Origin: a virus
Direction: 5' to 3' (one strand)
DNA length: 64,000 nt
Virus record (IMG/VR): IMGVR_UViG_3300045988_171858
Shown: in pieces, positions 29,678 through 39,131 of the stretch
How positions within the stretch are numbered: the first letter of the stretch is position 1
How the letters are laid out: the number at the start of each line of letters is the position of its first letter
Translations under genes and position numbers: made by a program
Notes under the pieces: model-generated
What the model was told of the DNA's origin: nothing
Seen by the model: only the letters and a program-made list of their open reading frames with translations
Database searches by the model: none

Positions 29678-31698
29678 TGATTTTTCTCCGGGTTAAATTT
29701 GTTAAACGCAACAAGAATCTCTCCATAATTGGTTTGAGACTTATCAATAATGCCGCGCTCATAATCTGTTTTCTCCGCCTCTTGTGGTGCCACTTGTTCT
29801 TTTTCCTCACCATTCCAAGCTGTTACCCAAGGAATAGGATTCTTAGTTACAGATTGCAGGCCACACAACTCTTCCAGCGGCGGAAGGTTGTATCGTTTCA
29901 ATCTAGCAGTTGCCAGATAGCGCAGATACTCTTCAAGGATTGCTTGGTTAAAGGCAAAAATTTCACCTTCTTTGAACAGGTACTTGCACCAGTCAAGCTC
30001 TTCCATAATGGCATCTCGCCATATTCCTTCAATTGCACATTTGACGTCTTCTTCTTCAGACACCATAAGGAAGTCGATATCATCGACAGGAAGAATGCTT
30101 AGCAGGTTGTTTGTGATTGCGACGTGAATATTTTCGTCCCTATTGATGAGTTTAATAATACGCGCAAGTCCGGGCAATTTGCCCATTTGTCCAAAGATGA
30201 AACTACATGCAAAAGATACTTGGAATCGGATAGACTCCAAAGCATTTGCAGTATGCAATGCAAGCCACAAAGCCCTTACAGCTTCAATACGCTCACATCT
30301 ACCTTCATAGTAATCTTGAACCTTTTGAATGGCATCATCATAATATTTGCAGATGCTATCTTTACATTGGACAATCTCTTGGATGTCCATAACAGTATCC
30401 AAAGTTTCTTTTGGATTAACAAAAGACTGTTGGATAATATGTGTATATGAGAATGAATGCAGGCAGTTGCCGGTAATAGACGGGATGCCTTTATAACGAA
30501 TGACAAACGCGCCGGTTGGCACTGTTAAGCAGTAAACCTTACCTTCATATTGCTCATAAGTCTTTTCGACAAAATCACCACGAACAGTATCGTCATGGCT
30601 AATATACAATACATAGCCGCCATCCTCTTCTTTGTATGTAGAATGAATGCCAGACATAAAGAGCAATGCCTGAATATCGTCCACAATTTCTTTACGCTCA
30701 ATCCAAAGGTTATCTTTACCAGAAGCTTCGGCCATATTTTTAATTAAACCAAGAAGCTGATAACCTTTAAGATAGCTCATCGAAGAAAGAGGCAGTATAT
30801 CAGTAAGGCGATTATGATAGACATCTTTAATTGCTCCATCTAATTGGAATTCAATACGGTCATCGAATACAAAGCTAGGTTTAGCTAAGTTCGACAACAA
30901 ATCGGCCGCATACTTATTCTTTCCATAAAAATGAAGTTCATCAGGAATACCATCATCTGTCTTAAGGTGATATCCAAGGACAGTTGCATACACCTTAGCG
31001 GCTGTAATCGCATCAAAATCAGCACTGAATTCTTCATCTTCAAAAGCAGTGCCGGTCAATGGCAAACCAACCATCTCATGCGGCTCAAACTTATCGGCCT
31101 CTTCAAAACCAAAAGAGTCATAGGTCACAAAAGGCATTCTATGGTTCTTAGTTACGAACTGCTCAAAATTACCATTAGCAGATTTAAAACGAACCAGTTC
31201 TTCGTTCTTATCGTAAACATGAATCTTCTCAGGATGAGTCCAATACAACCCTCTATTGGTAGAACGATATTGAGCAACCATAGTTTCCATAGTTACATCT
31301 TTAATATCAATCCATCCCTTGTCGGTAAGAACTTCAGCTCCTTCAGCCAAACATTCAAACAAAGACCAAGTTTGAATCACACATTCAAGACTAGGATCAG
31401 CAACCGCCGGATTAAACACAGCAGTAGGAGCACGACCCATAATAGAATCCAATAGGATCTGACGCTTAATGTTAGAAATAACAATATGCTCCTCCGCCTT
31501 TGTAAGCAAAGGAAAGTTAGTTCTATCATTAGTCATATCAATTTCTTCAGGGCGCCAAATCTTTTCAAGCTGCATTGTAAATAAATCCAAGATAACTTTG
31601 TATCTAGGATTATCAAAACGCTGGACCGTAGCGCCCTGGCTGCGGTCCAAGAATAAAGTCTTAGGAAACAATTCGTTCCCAAATACTGTACCTGTCAT
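29674..31698 (-). CDS. nrdB: ribonucleotide reductase small subunit with in-frame intein (674 aa precursor)
   Basis: WRPEEID and the iron ligand motif E|CLHSFSYTHII, which is split by an insert. The C-terminal part is typical of R2. Confidence 0.9.
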   Translation of the reverse strand: MTGTVFGNELFPKTLFLDRSQGATVQRFDNPRYKVILDLFTMQLEKIWRPEEIDMTNDRTNFPLLTKAEEHIVISNIKRQILLDSIMGRAPTAVFNPAVADPSLECVIQTWSLFECLAEGAEVLTDKGWIDIKDVTMETMVAQYRSTNRGLYWTHPEKIHVYDKNEELVRFKSANGNFEQFVTKNHRMPFVTYDSFGFEEADKFEPHEMVGLPLTGTAFEDEEFSADFDAITAAKVYATVLGYHLKTDDGIPDELHFYGKNKYAADLLSNLAKPSFVFDDRIEFQLDGAIKDVYHNRLTDILPLSSMSYLKGYQLLGLIKNMAEASGKDNLWIERKEIVDDIQALLFMSGIHSTYKEEDGGYVLYISHDDTVRGDFVEKTYEQYEGKVYCLTVPTGAFVIRYKGIPSITGNCLHSFSYTHIIQQSFVNPKETLDTVMDIQEIVQCKDSICKYYDDAIQKVQDYYEGRCERIEAVRALWLALHTANALESIRFQVSFACSFIFGQMGKLPGLARIIKLINRDENIHVAITNNLLSILPVDDIDFLMVSEEEDVKCAIEGIWRDAIMEELDWCKYLFKEGEIFAFNQAILEEYLRYLATARLKRYNLPPLEELCGLQSVTKNPIPWVTAWNGEEKEQVAPQEAEKTDYERGIIDKSQTNYGEILVAFNKFNPEKNQ
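30466..31353 (-). mobile_element. intein (296 aa) in nrdB with LAGLIDADG-like endonuclease region
   Basis: Starts with Cys (FE|CLAEGAEVLTDKGW) and ends ...SITGN|C, so removal gives WSLFE-CLHSFSYTH (ExxH). Internal LGYHLKTDDG and YLKGYQLLGLI segments resemble LAGLIDADG motifs. Confidence 0.8.
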
Positions 31699-31759
31699 AC
31701 TAGCTATTCCTTTTTGTAATTATAATAGTAGGAACATCTTAATTGCAACAAAGCAATAA

Positions 31760-32400
31760 GGTCGGACGAAAATGTCCGCTCGGATCCGGCAGCATGCCGG
31801 ATCTGCAGTCACCCCCGGGCACGGGGGCCCAACATCTGCGAAGCACGGTGTTGGAATCTTCTCAGAAACGAACCTCAGTTCGTAGAAGGTTGGGAATAGC
31901 ATGTACTCCCACAGCTAGTTTTTCTTTTAGAAAAAATAAAGATATTAATGAGCCTCAGCTCATATAAGGCCGGAAGGAAAACTTCCGTCACCGGGCGCGT
32001 CCGCGGCCGTGTGATCAGCTCCGCCAGGCAGCGCCGGGCGGGCGCATTATTTTACCAAAATAATGCAATACAATATTAACGGACCTCAATCCATTTTAAG
32101 GCAGAAGACTATAAGGTTATCCCAGCTGTCAATCACAACTGATGCACCGCACATCTTCTACATTTTAGCAGGCGCTAAAATGCATTTATTTGAATCTACC
32201 CAAAGCGTAGATTCAAATGTCTAAGTATAATCACTCTTAAGTGACAAAGACCGGAAGGCAAGCTTCCGTGCCGGAGCAGAGCCCACGGGATCTGGCCGGC
32301 ACCTACAGCATCAGGCTGCCCGAATTTCGCAGAAATTTGGATGGTGTTATAACGATCCTTAAATCGTAGTTGCCGACTCTGCCCTGGTCGGCCCGGGTTA
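31760..32400. other. GC-rich, hairpin-dense non-coding island (candidate structured RNA or mobile remnant)
   Basis: No ORF of 60 aa or more that fits the gene context. At least 12 stable hairpins are listed in the findings. The strand is uncertain. Confidence 0.5.
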
Positions 32401-32486
32401 TAAAGGAAATTTCATTATGACTTTAGAATTTATGAAAATTAAATCTAAAAGGTTATGGAGCTTAATCCATCGCCGCAATTAATCTT

Positions 32487-32975
32487 TTATTTTTCTGTGG
32501 CATTGCGATCAACCACACCTTTTTGTTTTTGTTCTCGATAACGTTTTGCCCTGATCTCCCTTGCCTTCTCTAAGGCCGGATTTTCAGAACTCTTCATTAT
32601 AGAATTGAAATCGTATTCAACATCAGGATAAGGCACTGAATCTATGATCGCCTTTAGCTCTTCTTTACTTTTAGGACATTCGGATTGAGGAATCCTAATT
32701 AGCTTAATGCCGGACTCTTCTGCTTTTCTGTCCTTCTTTTTGTCCTTGAACTGCTGCCACTTAAAGCCTGTAATGTCTTTATGAAAATGTTTAATAAATT
32801 CAGCATGCTGGGCCCCATCGGTTTCTACGACTATTCCCATTTCTTTGACGAAACAGTCATATCTCGTCCCATCTGGAAGACAAGCTTCGTATATAACATT
32901 ACACGTAGGATAAAGCTGGCAAAGATAGCCATAAATAATGCGCTGTTCATTGGAGCCTCTATTATCGGCCGCCAT
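32487..32975 (-). CDS. free-standing PD-(D/E)XK (Vsr/DUF559-like) endonuclease
   Basis: The pattern ...RYDCFVKEMGIVVETDGAQH... matches the 'D-x(n)-(V/I)-E-x-DG-x-x-H' core of the Vsr/DUF559 nuclease fold. Basic C-terminal tail. Confidence 0.55.
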   Translation of the reverse strand: MAADNRGSNEQRIIYGYLCQLYPTCNVIYEACLPDGTRYDCFVKEMGIVVETDGAQHAEFIKHFHKDITGFKWQQFKDKKKDRKAEESGIKLIRIPQSECPKSKEELKAIIDSVPYPDVEYDFNSIMKSSENPALEKAREIRAKRYREQKQKGVVDRNATEK

Positions 32976-33291
32976 AACAAATACCCTGAATAGAGCTCAA
33001 TTCTCCATGAGCAATGCCATCTAGAACCTTTCCGAGTCCATTATCGTAAAAGAACTTACGATACGCCTCAAACGCTTTATCATCATCAACGCGCTTAAAG
33101 TTATGAGTGGCAAATTTCCAAATGGCACGTTTATCAATCAGTTCATTGATATAGCAGGCGTTATAAACCTTATCTACAATCAGTGCAACTTCAATACCAT
33201 CATCTTCGAGGACGGCAACAACGACCTGATGGTCGAAGCTGCCTTCCACATTAAAACCCATTTTCTCAGGGGCCATATGTACTATCTTCAT
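32962..33291 (-). CDS. hypothetical protein (~109 aa)
   Basis: The ORF opens at 33357. The ATG at 33291 is preceded by AGGA. Confidence 0.6.
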   Translation of the reverse strand: MKIVHMAPEKMGFNVEGSFDHQVVVAVLEDDGIEVALIVDKVYNACYINELIDKRAIWKFATHNFKRVDDDKAFEAYRKFFYDNGLGKVLDGIAHGELSSIQGICYGGR

Positions 33292-33589
33292 CGGAATCCT
33301 TTTCTGGGCAATCTTTCTTACACTTGCATCTGAATAGTATATAAATATGTTCAACAAGAAGCAAAAATGTAGCCAATGCGAAGACGCCTAAAATGAAGAC
33401 CACTGGAGTCATAAAAATCAATGGCCACGGAACAAATGCAATTTCCCCGCTAATCTTCATCAGTATCATTGGCAAGATACCGGCAGTAAACCCAACACCA
33501 ATAAGCTTTAGATTATGGAATGACAATTCATCCTTATCTAGTGCAATTTTGGCTTTTCTTTTCTTACTCTTTATAGAACGAACTGTCAT
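33266..33589 (-). CDS. membrane protein (107 aa, 2-3 TM)
   Basis: Hydrophobic stretches LIGVGFTAGILPMILM and WPLIFMTPVVFILGVFALATFLLLV. Confidence 0.6.
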   Translation of the reverse strand: MTVRSIKSKKRKAKIALDKDELSFHNLKLIGVGFTAGILPMILMKISGEIAFVPWPLIFMTPVVFILGVFALATFLLLVEHIYILFRCKCKKDCPEKDSDEDSTYGP

Positions 33590-33599
33590 GTCTCAATCC

Positions 33600-34475
33600 T
33601 TAGAAATTGTCAGGTATCATCTTTTGTATTCCGCAATAATTATGATTTGGGCAAGCAGAACATTTTCCCGGATTACCTCCGGAAGTAGAGTCAGAGTTCA
33701 TAAATCTGATAGCTATTTCTTTTAGCGGCCCTTGAGTAAACTCAGGTCGCTTGGTCACTCCTGTATTGATATTAGGTGTCCAACCAAATGGAATCCGAAT
33801 ATCATGCAAAGTATTAACCTTAATCCCTATATCTTCTATATGCTTTACAACTGCCATGTTTCTTGGATTGTTATATGCATACATCGGGTTGTTTTTATCA
33901 TCTTGATGAAAAGGACTAATTAAAAAAACCTCAATTCCATCTTCCATCAATAGGATAAGGTCTATCGACGTATGAAACGTCTTTCTTGGCTTTCTGCCAT
34001 AGGACCAAAATATAAGCTCGTCATTAATAGCGCCCTTAGAGTTATACACCCTATCAGAGATTATATCCAAAGACTCGGTTAAGAATCTTCTTAGTGCCGC
34101 TTTATACGACTCCATATTTTCATCTCCAGCTGGGAGTATCTTCCTAATTTTGCGCTCAAAATAGAGAATTGGGGCATTGCTAGGCCCATTCAAATCAGAC
34201 ATATAGATCTTAATTGCTTCATATAAAGCCAGGGCGGCCCGCTCTTTCTCACTGAGATTTTCATCATCAGAAGAAAGACCTTCAAAAGAAATGATTTGAT
34301 TTAGACTACGATAAACTGTATCCGGCGCGTCAATCTTATTCCTGCATTGGGTATACAATTTAAACATATTAGCATTAAGCTCCATATAAGGAGCATCAGC
34401 CCTAGTCCTTCTATCATGAAGAGGTATCTCAACCTCCTCCTTTAAGACAAGCTCTTCTATCTCATTGTTGAACAT
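33600..34475 (-). CDS. Cas4/RecB-like nuclease with C-terminal Fe-S cysteine cluster
   Basis: C-terminal GKCSACPNHNYCG (Cx2Cx5C) plus an upstream Cys, as in Cas4/AddB-type nucleases. The acidic catalytic residues are not clearly placed. Confidence 0.5.
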   Translation of the reverse strand: MFNNEIEELVLKEEVEIPLHDRRTRADAPYMELNANMFKLYTQCRNKIDAPDTVYRSLNQIISFEGLSSDDENLSEKERAALALYEAIKIYMSDLNGPSNAPILYFERKIRKILPAGDENMESYKAALRRFLTESLDIISDRVYNSKGAINDELIFWSYGRKPRKTFHTSIDLILLMEDGIEVFLISPFHQDDKNNPMYAYNNPRNMAVVKHIEDIGIKVNTLHDIRIPFGWTPNINTGVTKRPEFTQGPLKEIAIRFMNSDSTSGGNPGKCSACPNHNYCGIQKMIPDNF

Positions 34476-36987
34476 TTTGACCGATACCCTGTTTAGCAGC
34501 AGTATTTTGCTGAATCAGTGCATCAAACTCACGAGGAGTCATCTCTTCAAAGTAAGCCTTCTCAGGCCAGAATCTAGTTGGAATATCACCCTTAAAGGAT
34601 GCAACTTTATTCTTACCAATGCTCCAGATAACAAGAGGTTTTCTACGACGAGATTCATCTTCGCTATAATCAATATGATAAGCGACTGCATTCTCGCGCA
34701 GACCATGCAACTCATTCCAACCGTGCATAATCAGATTACTGTCATACACAAGGCTGTTAGATTCGGCAATGTTGTTATTGTGTGGGCGAACATCCGGCGG
34801 CATCTTCGTATACTCTACGGTTGAAACAACAGTCAAACCATACTCTACAGAATATGCCTTCAGTTCATGTGAGATATGTTGGAATTTCTCACGTCCGGAC
34901 CTCTCAGTTGGGACCTGAATCAAGTGGAAGTTATCAATGAAGAAGTAGATGTGGCGACCAGGATATTTATCCCGGTAATTAGCCATCAGTGTCTTAATGA
35001 ACGCCAATGAGCGACCATCAACACTATCGTAGATAATGAATCTGTCTTCTCTGGCATAGCTTAAGAATTTACGGAAAAACAATTCCCGCTCTTCAAGAAG
35101 CATAGGATATTCTCGGCTATCTTTATACAATTCCGGTTTAGCGAATTTGTTAATGTTGATAGCATCAAAAATGTCCATATTGCCATTATCTCTTGCTCGT
35201 TTTGCCGCATCATAACAAATAAATCTCGGCAATAGCTCTTTAGCACTATCGTCAATGGAAAGGAAGATAACCATAGCATGTGGATTATTCTCCGCAATGC
35301 GCCATGACAAGTTGACCTGCCATGAGGTTTTACCAGAGTTAGAAGAGCCACCAATAAAGATGACTTTTTCCTGGATATCGCCATCAGTAGTGGCAGATAG
35401 GATAGGCATATCGCCGCCCCAATCTGTATATTTGCCACTACTAGGGTCTTCCTGATATTCCTTGATCCCCAAGATATTATTAACGCGGGCAGACGTATCC
35501 ATAATGTCCGTATTGTTCATCTGGTTAATCTGCCCTATATTAGACAGGGCTTCACTGAGTAAAAGTTCAGAGTCATTACTCGAGTCACTATTCAAGTCTT
35601 TAATCAGCTTGTCAATAATGGCTCTTTTAGAATCTTGACTTCTACGATCCTTTTCACGCTCAGACTTGTTTACCTCATCACGAATGATTCTATCACTATA
35701 GCCGGTAAACACAGACAATTCGGAAATCATCTTTTCCCTACGAATAGAGCTAGGCTCGCTTGTAATAATAGGAACCATCTTTTCGCAGATGTCTGCAGGG
35801 TCCATATCATCATCTTCGAATAGGGATAATCTCCAAGAGAAGGACGAAACCTTTGGAATCTCTTTAAATTTTTCGATTCCATATTTACGGACGAATTCAT
35901 CAGGGTCAATCTTAACCCTGACTCCATTTTCATATTCATCAGGCAAGAATACAAAAGCAAACTTGATATCATGGGTTTTAGCCACGACTTTATCAAGCAT
36001 ATCTATCGCTTTCTGTCTACCAGCTGCGTCATTGTCCAGACAGATTGTAATATTATACAAGCCATTCCGGCGCAATGTATTTAAATGGGCCTCAGAGAAA
36101 TCAAGGCCGCAAATACCAACGGCATTAGTCATACCGTGGTTATGCAGACTTAAGGCATCAGAATTGCCCTCTACAATAAAAATGGAATCAGTTGTTTTAC
36201 GGGCCTTATCCAATAGATAAAGTCGCTCATTCTTCTTGTAGATGTTCTTCTTAACACCGTTTTTAGTTCCAATGAATTTAGGGCCGTTAACCAGTTTCCC
36301 ATCCTCATTGAATACACCATCATAGTTCAGATTACGGGCTTGGAACCCAACAGGACGACCAAACTCATCACAAATGGTATAGATAAAATTCGAAGGATTG
36401 AACAACATCGGGTTACACAAATCAACTTCGTCGATAAATGTATTTTTAAAACCAAGGTTATTCAAATACTTGCGCAAATCGGCAACATCATTACATACGC
36501 CAATCCGGTATTTCTTCATGAATTCAGCACTGAATCCCCGCTTCTCCATTTCCCCCATCTGCTTTTCATTCAAATCAGTTCGAGAGACAATATAGTTCGA
36601 GGCAGCTTCATAGGTCTGATACATGTTAAGCTCATATACCTCATCCTCAGAGAGTTTACGATATACAAGCTCAATGCCATATTTATCGGCGAGATATGCA
36701 ACGGTGTTGTCGACAAATCCGGGGCCAGACATGGGTTTATCTTCCAGCACATGAGCTGCATTGAAGATGTCCATTGTAGACCCACAGCTCATACACTTCA
36801 CAAGAGGATAACCCTGTTCCGCCATAAACATGGACATTGACGGGTGATGGTCATTATGTTCAGGATTCAAGCAACAAATCTTTTTGCCATTCTCTACATT
36901 GAGACCATGCTCATGCAGATATGCAGGCAAAAACATTCGAATGCTATCAAGCTGACTTTCGAAATCACTTATTTTTCTGTAAGACAT
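34462..36987 (-). CDS. bifunctional primase-helicase (T7 gp4-like, 841 aa)
   Basis: N-terminal zinc ribbon (CCLNPEHNDHHPSMS...CMSCG), TOPRIM (IFIVEGNSDALSL...CLDNDAAG) and C-terminal DnaB-type Walker A (GGSSNSGKTSW). Confidence 0.9.
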   Translation of the reverse strand: MSYRKISDFESQLDSIRMFLPAYLHEHGLNVENGKKICCLNPEHNDHHPSMSMFMAEQGYPLVKCMSCGSTMDIFNAAHVLEDKPMSGPGFVDNTVAYLADKYGIELVYRKLSEDEVYELNMYQTYEAASNYIVSRTDLNEKQMGEMEKRGFSAEFMKKYRIGVCNDVADLRKYLNNLGFKNTFIDEVDLCNPMLFNPSNFIYTICDEFGRPVGFQARNLNYDGVFNEDGKLVNGPKFIGTKNGVKKNIYKKNERLYLLDKARKTTDSIFIVEGNSDALSLHNHGMTNAVGICGLDFSEAHLNTLRRNGLYNITICLDNDAAGRQKAIDMLDKVVAKTHDIKFAFVFLPDEYENGVRVKIDPDEFVRKYGIEKFKEIPKVSSFSWRLSLFEDDDMDPADICEKMVPIITSEPSSIRREKMISELSVFTGYSDRIIRDEVNKSEREKDRRSQDSKRAIIDKLIKDLNSDSSNDSELLLSEALSNIGQINQMNNTDIMDTSARVNNILGIKEYQEDPSSGKYTDWGGDMPILSATTDGDIQEKVIFIGGSSNSGKTSWQVNLSWRIAENNPHAMVIFLSIDDSAKELLPRFICYDAAKRARDNGNMDIFDAININKFAKPELYKDSREYPMLLEERELFFRKFLSYAREDRFIIYDSVDGRSLAFIKTLMANYRDKYPGRHIYFFIDNFHLIQVPTERSGREKFQHISHELKAYSVEYGLTVVSTVEYTKMPPDVRPHNNNIAESNSLVYDSNLIMHGWNELHGLRENAVAYHIDYSEDESRRRKPLVIWSIGKNKVASFKGDIPTRFWPEKAYFEEMTPREFDALIQQNTAAKQGIGQNVQQ

Positions 36988-37002
36988 ATCTCGCCTTTAT
37001 AA

Positions 37003-37392
37003 TTATTGTTCTTTGGCTTTTTCTTCTGCAGCTTTTACTGCTGCTTCGGCGGAATCGGCAAGTTTCTCTGCTTGTTCTGCAGCAGACTGTTCGGCTTCTT
37101 GTTCCAGGCGGTCACGGTGTGCCTTCAGCTCTTGACCAAGACGGGTCATTTCTTTTTCAAATTCTTCGCGTGTGACCAATTTCTTTTCTTCAAGGATGGA
37201 CAGAATTGCCTCACAAATCAGGAAGTTAGACATCCATTTGCCATCTTGTTCTGCAAATGCATGGCTTGCACGGCCAAGTGCACTTTGGAAACTACCAAGT
37301 GCAAAATACACTTCGGTAAAACGCTTAGATGCTTCGGCGAAATCTTTGACTTCGATTTGTGGAATTTCTTGTTGTAGTTTTTGTTCAGACAT
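37003..37392 (-). CDS. hypothetical protein with Ala/Glu-rich coiled-coil tail (129 aa)
   Basis: ORF whose start overlaps the upstream stop by 1 nt. Confidence 0.65.
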   Translation of the reverse strand: MSEQKLQQEIPQIEVKDFAEASKRFTEVYFALGSFQSALGRASHAFAEQDGKWMSNFLICEAILSILEEKKLVTREEFEKEMTRLGQELKAHRDRLEQEAEQSAAEQAEKLADSAEAAVKAAEEKAKEQ

Positions 37393-38330
37393 TATGTGTA
37401 TCCTTGTTCTTCTTTTTGTTGTTTACAAATAGTTCTGTAGTTGCAATATGCACATTGCCAATCACCGATTGGGTTGGCATCTGGATTTCTTGTCCATTTT
37501 TCGTATTTAGTTTTTGCGATTTCGCCTTCATTCCAAAGTCGGATTACCTTTTCTTTGGAATAGACATGTTCATAGTCGGGCGGCGGCGGCATGTCTTTGT
37601 AGTCACGGGCAGAATTAATTTGCTCTTCATACCGCTCAAATACACCCTCAAGGGTAATACCAGGCATATCATAAGAATGATGAACACCTTTAATGTCTTC
37701 ACCATCAATATGGATATAGGTCTTATCACCTTCTGGTCTTAATGTTACCCAGAATTCCCTATTGTTCTCTGGTCCTCCACAAGCCCTATCAAAATAGGTT
37801 AGTAAAACCCTATTGATTCCGCCTCTTTCTGGAGGATTGAAATAATGCAGATACAAAGCAGCCTGCATTACATTCTGATGCTTAGGCATAGGAACTCTAC
37901 CTCCAATGCCGCAATACTCAGCTTTGGCCTGATAATTAGCAGAGCTATAAGTCTTAGACTCTACGATAATTACTTCCCCTGTTTCAGGGTCCTTGATTGC
38001 AATATCGATTTCACCGGAAAGATAATATTCAGGGATAGAGAACTTCAGGTTATTCATCAGGAAGAAACCACCGAGCTTACATTGCTCAATAATCCATTCT
38101 TCCCACATCTTACCTGCAGCAAAGATATACTGGCTATAAGCCCCAGATGGGTCAGACTCGGAGTACCCTGCCAAACGATACCATGTTGCCCTTAAACAAC
38201 CACCGTGGATTTTAGAAGGGTCTTCAATATCACGGCAAGATGCCGATGAAGGATAGAGCGTTTTTAGACGACTTCCCTTTAACGGCGGCGGGGCCAATAT
38301 GTTATCTTCTATTGTTTTAAAAAATCTCAT
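37392..38330 (-). CDS. Cas4-like PD-(D/E)XK exonuclease with Fe-S cluster
   Basis: N-terminal Cys (HGGCLRATWY), D...ExK core (GEIDIAIKD...VIIVESKT) and C-terminal CAYCNYRTIC (Cx2Cx5C). Confidence 0.75.
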   Translation of the reverse strand: MRFFKTIEDNILAPPPLKGSRLKTLYPSSASCRDIEDPSKIHGGCLRATWYRLAGYSESDPSGAYSQYIFAAGKMWEEWIIEQCKLGGFFLMNNLKFSIPEYYLSGEIDIAIKDPETGEVIIVESKTYSSANYQAKAEYCGIGGRVPMPKHQNVMQAALYLHYFNPPERGGINRVLLTYFDRACGGPENNREFWVTLRPEGDKTYIHIDGEDIKGVHHSYDMPGITLEGVFERYEEQINSARDYKDMPPPPDYEHVYSKEKVIRLWNEGEIAKTKYEKWTRNPDANPIGDWQCAYCNYRTICKQQKEEQGYT

Positions 38331-38734
38331 TATTTGAACTCAGTTAAAAAATGGATTAAATCCATAGGCATATAAGGACGCATATCAAATTCATGATTAT
38401 AAGAAACACCATCAACTTCAATACGGCACTTATAATACAAACGAATCATCATATCCTCATCCCTGCGGATAGACACACCAACAGGTTCCCCAATTTCACT
38501 AAGAGAGACATCAGCATAAGGTGTTAGCTCATAAATAGAGCCTTTATTGCTTGCCATTGCCTGAATGCAGTCCAAAAGGATTGACCTCTTAATAGACACA
38601 TGCAGGTTAATGCCTTTAGCAGGGACGGCTTCACCATCAAGTGGAATGCCGTTGAAGTCTACTTTATCTTCAGGGAAAAAGGTTGTCTTTATGTTGATAT
38701 TTTCAAGACTGTCGATGAAGAATTGTTTTATCAT
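38330..38734 (-). CDS. hypothetical protein (~134 aa)
   Basis: The ORF opens at 38794. The ATG at 38734 is preceded by GGAGAG. Confidence 0.6.
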   Translation of the reverse strand: MIKQFFIDSLENINIKTTFFPEDKVDFNGIPLDGEAVPAKGINLHVSIKRSILLDCIQAMASNKGSIYELTPYADVSLSEIGEPVGVSIRRDEDMMIRLYYKCRIEVDGVSYNHEFDMRPYMPMDLIHFLTEFK

Positions 38735-39074
38735 TATTTGCTCTCCGGGCCGCTTCTTGAAATTCAGAAAACCATTTATGGGCGACCAATTCAATTGCGT
38801 CTGACTTTAATTTAAACTCACCCTCTTTCAAAATATTCTCTTCAACATGACGTTCTTTAAAGTGATAGGTAACGCCGTGCATAATATTTGTAGCAGGCTC
38901 TTTTGCAACCAATGTCAAAATACCATTTCGAATGCCGTCCTCATTATCAATATAAAGACTGATTTTAGCTGAAAGGCTGTCAGTTCTGAATCGGCCGACC
39001 TGTTTATTGGTCACAGTTCGCAAACAATTTGCAATATGCGATTTAGTAATAGAAGAGAGTGGGTGTTCAGACAT
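38703..39074 (-). CDS. hypothetical protein (123 aa)
   Basis: ORF only. Confidence 0.6.
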   Translation of the reverse strand: MSEHPLSSITKSHIANCLRTVTNKQVGRFRTDSLSAKISLYIDNEDGIRNGILTLVAKEPATNIMHGVTYHFKERHVEENILKEGEFKLKSDAIELVAHKWFSEFQEAARRANNDKTILHRQS

Positions 39075-39131
39075 TTTCTTTTTCCGATGTTATTTTAATA
39101 AAAATAGCCGGGCCGTTTCCGACCCGACATA

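Noticed and set aside
31700-32486. tRNA, tmRNA, RNase P or a cobalamin riboswitch upstream of nrdB.
   Set aside because: There is no T-loop (GGTTCGA-type) or acceptor/CCA arrangement, no B12-box-like sequence and no RNase P P4 motif. The region is kept as an unclassified structured island.
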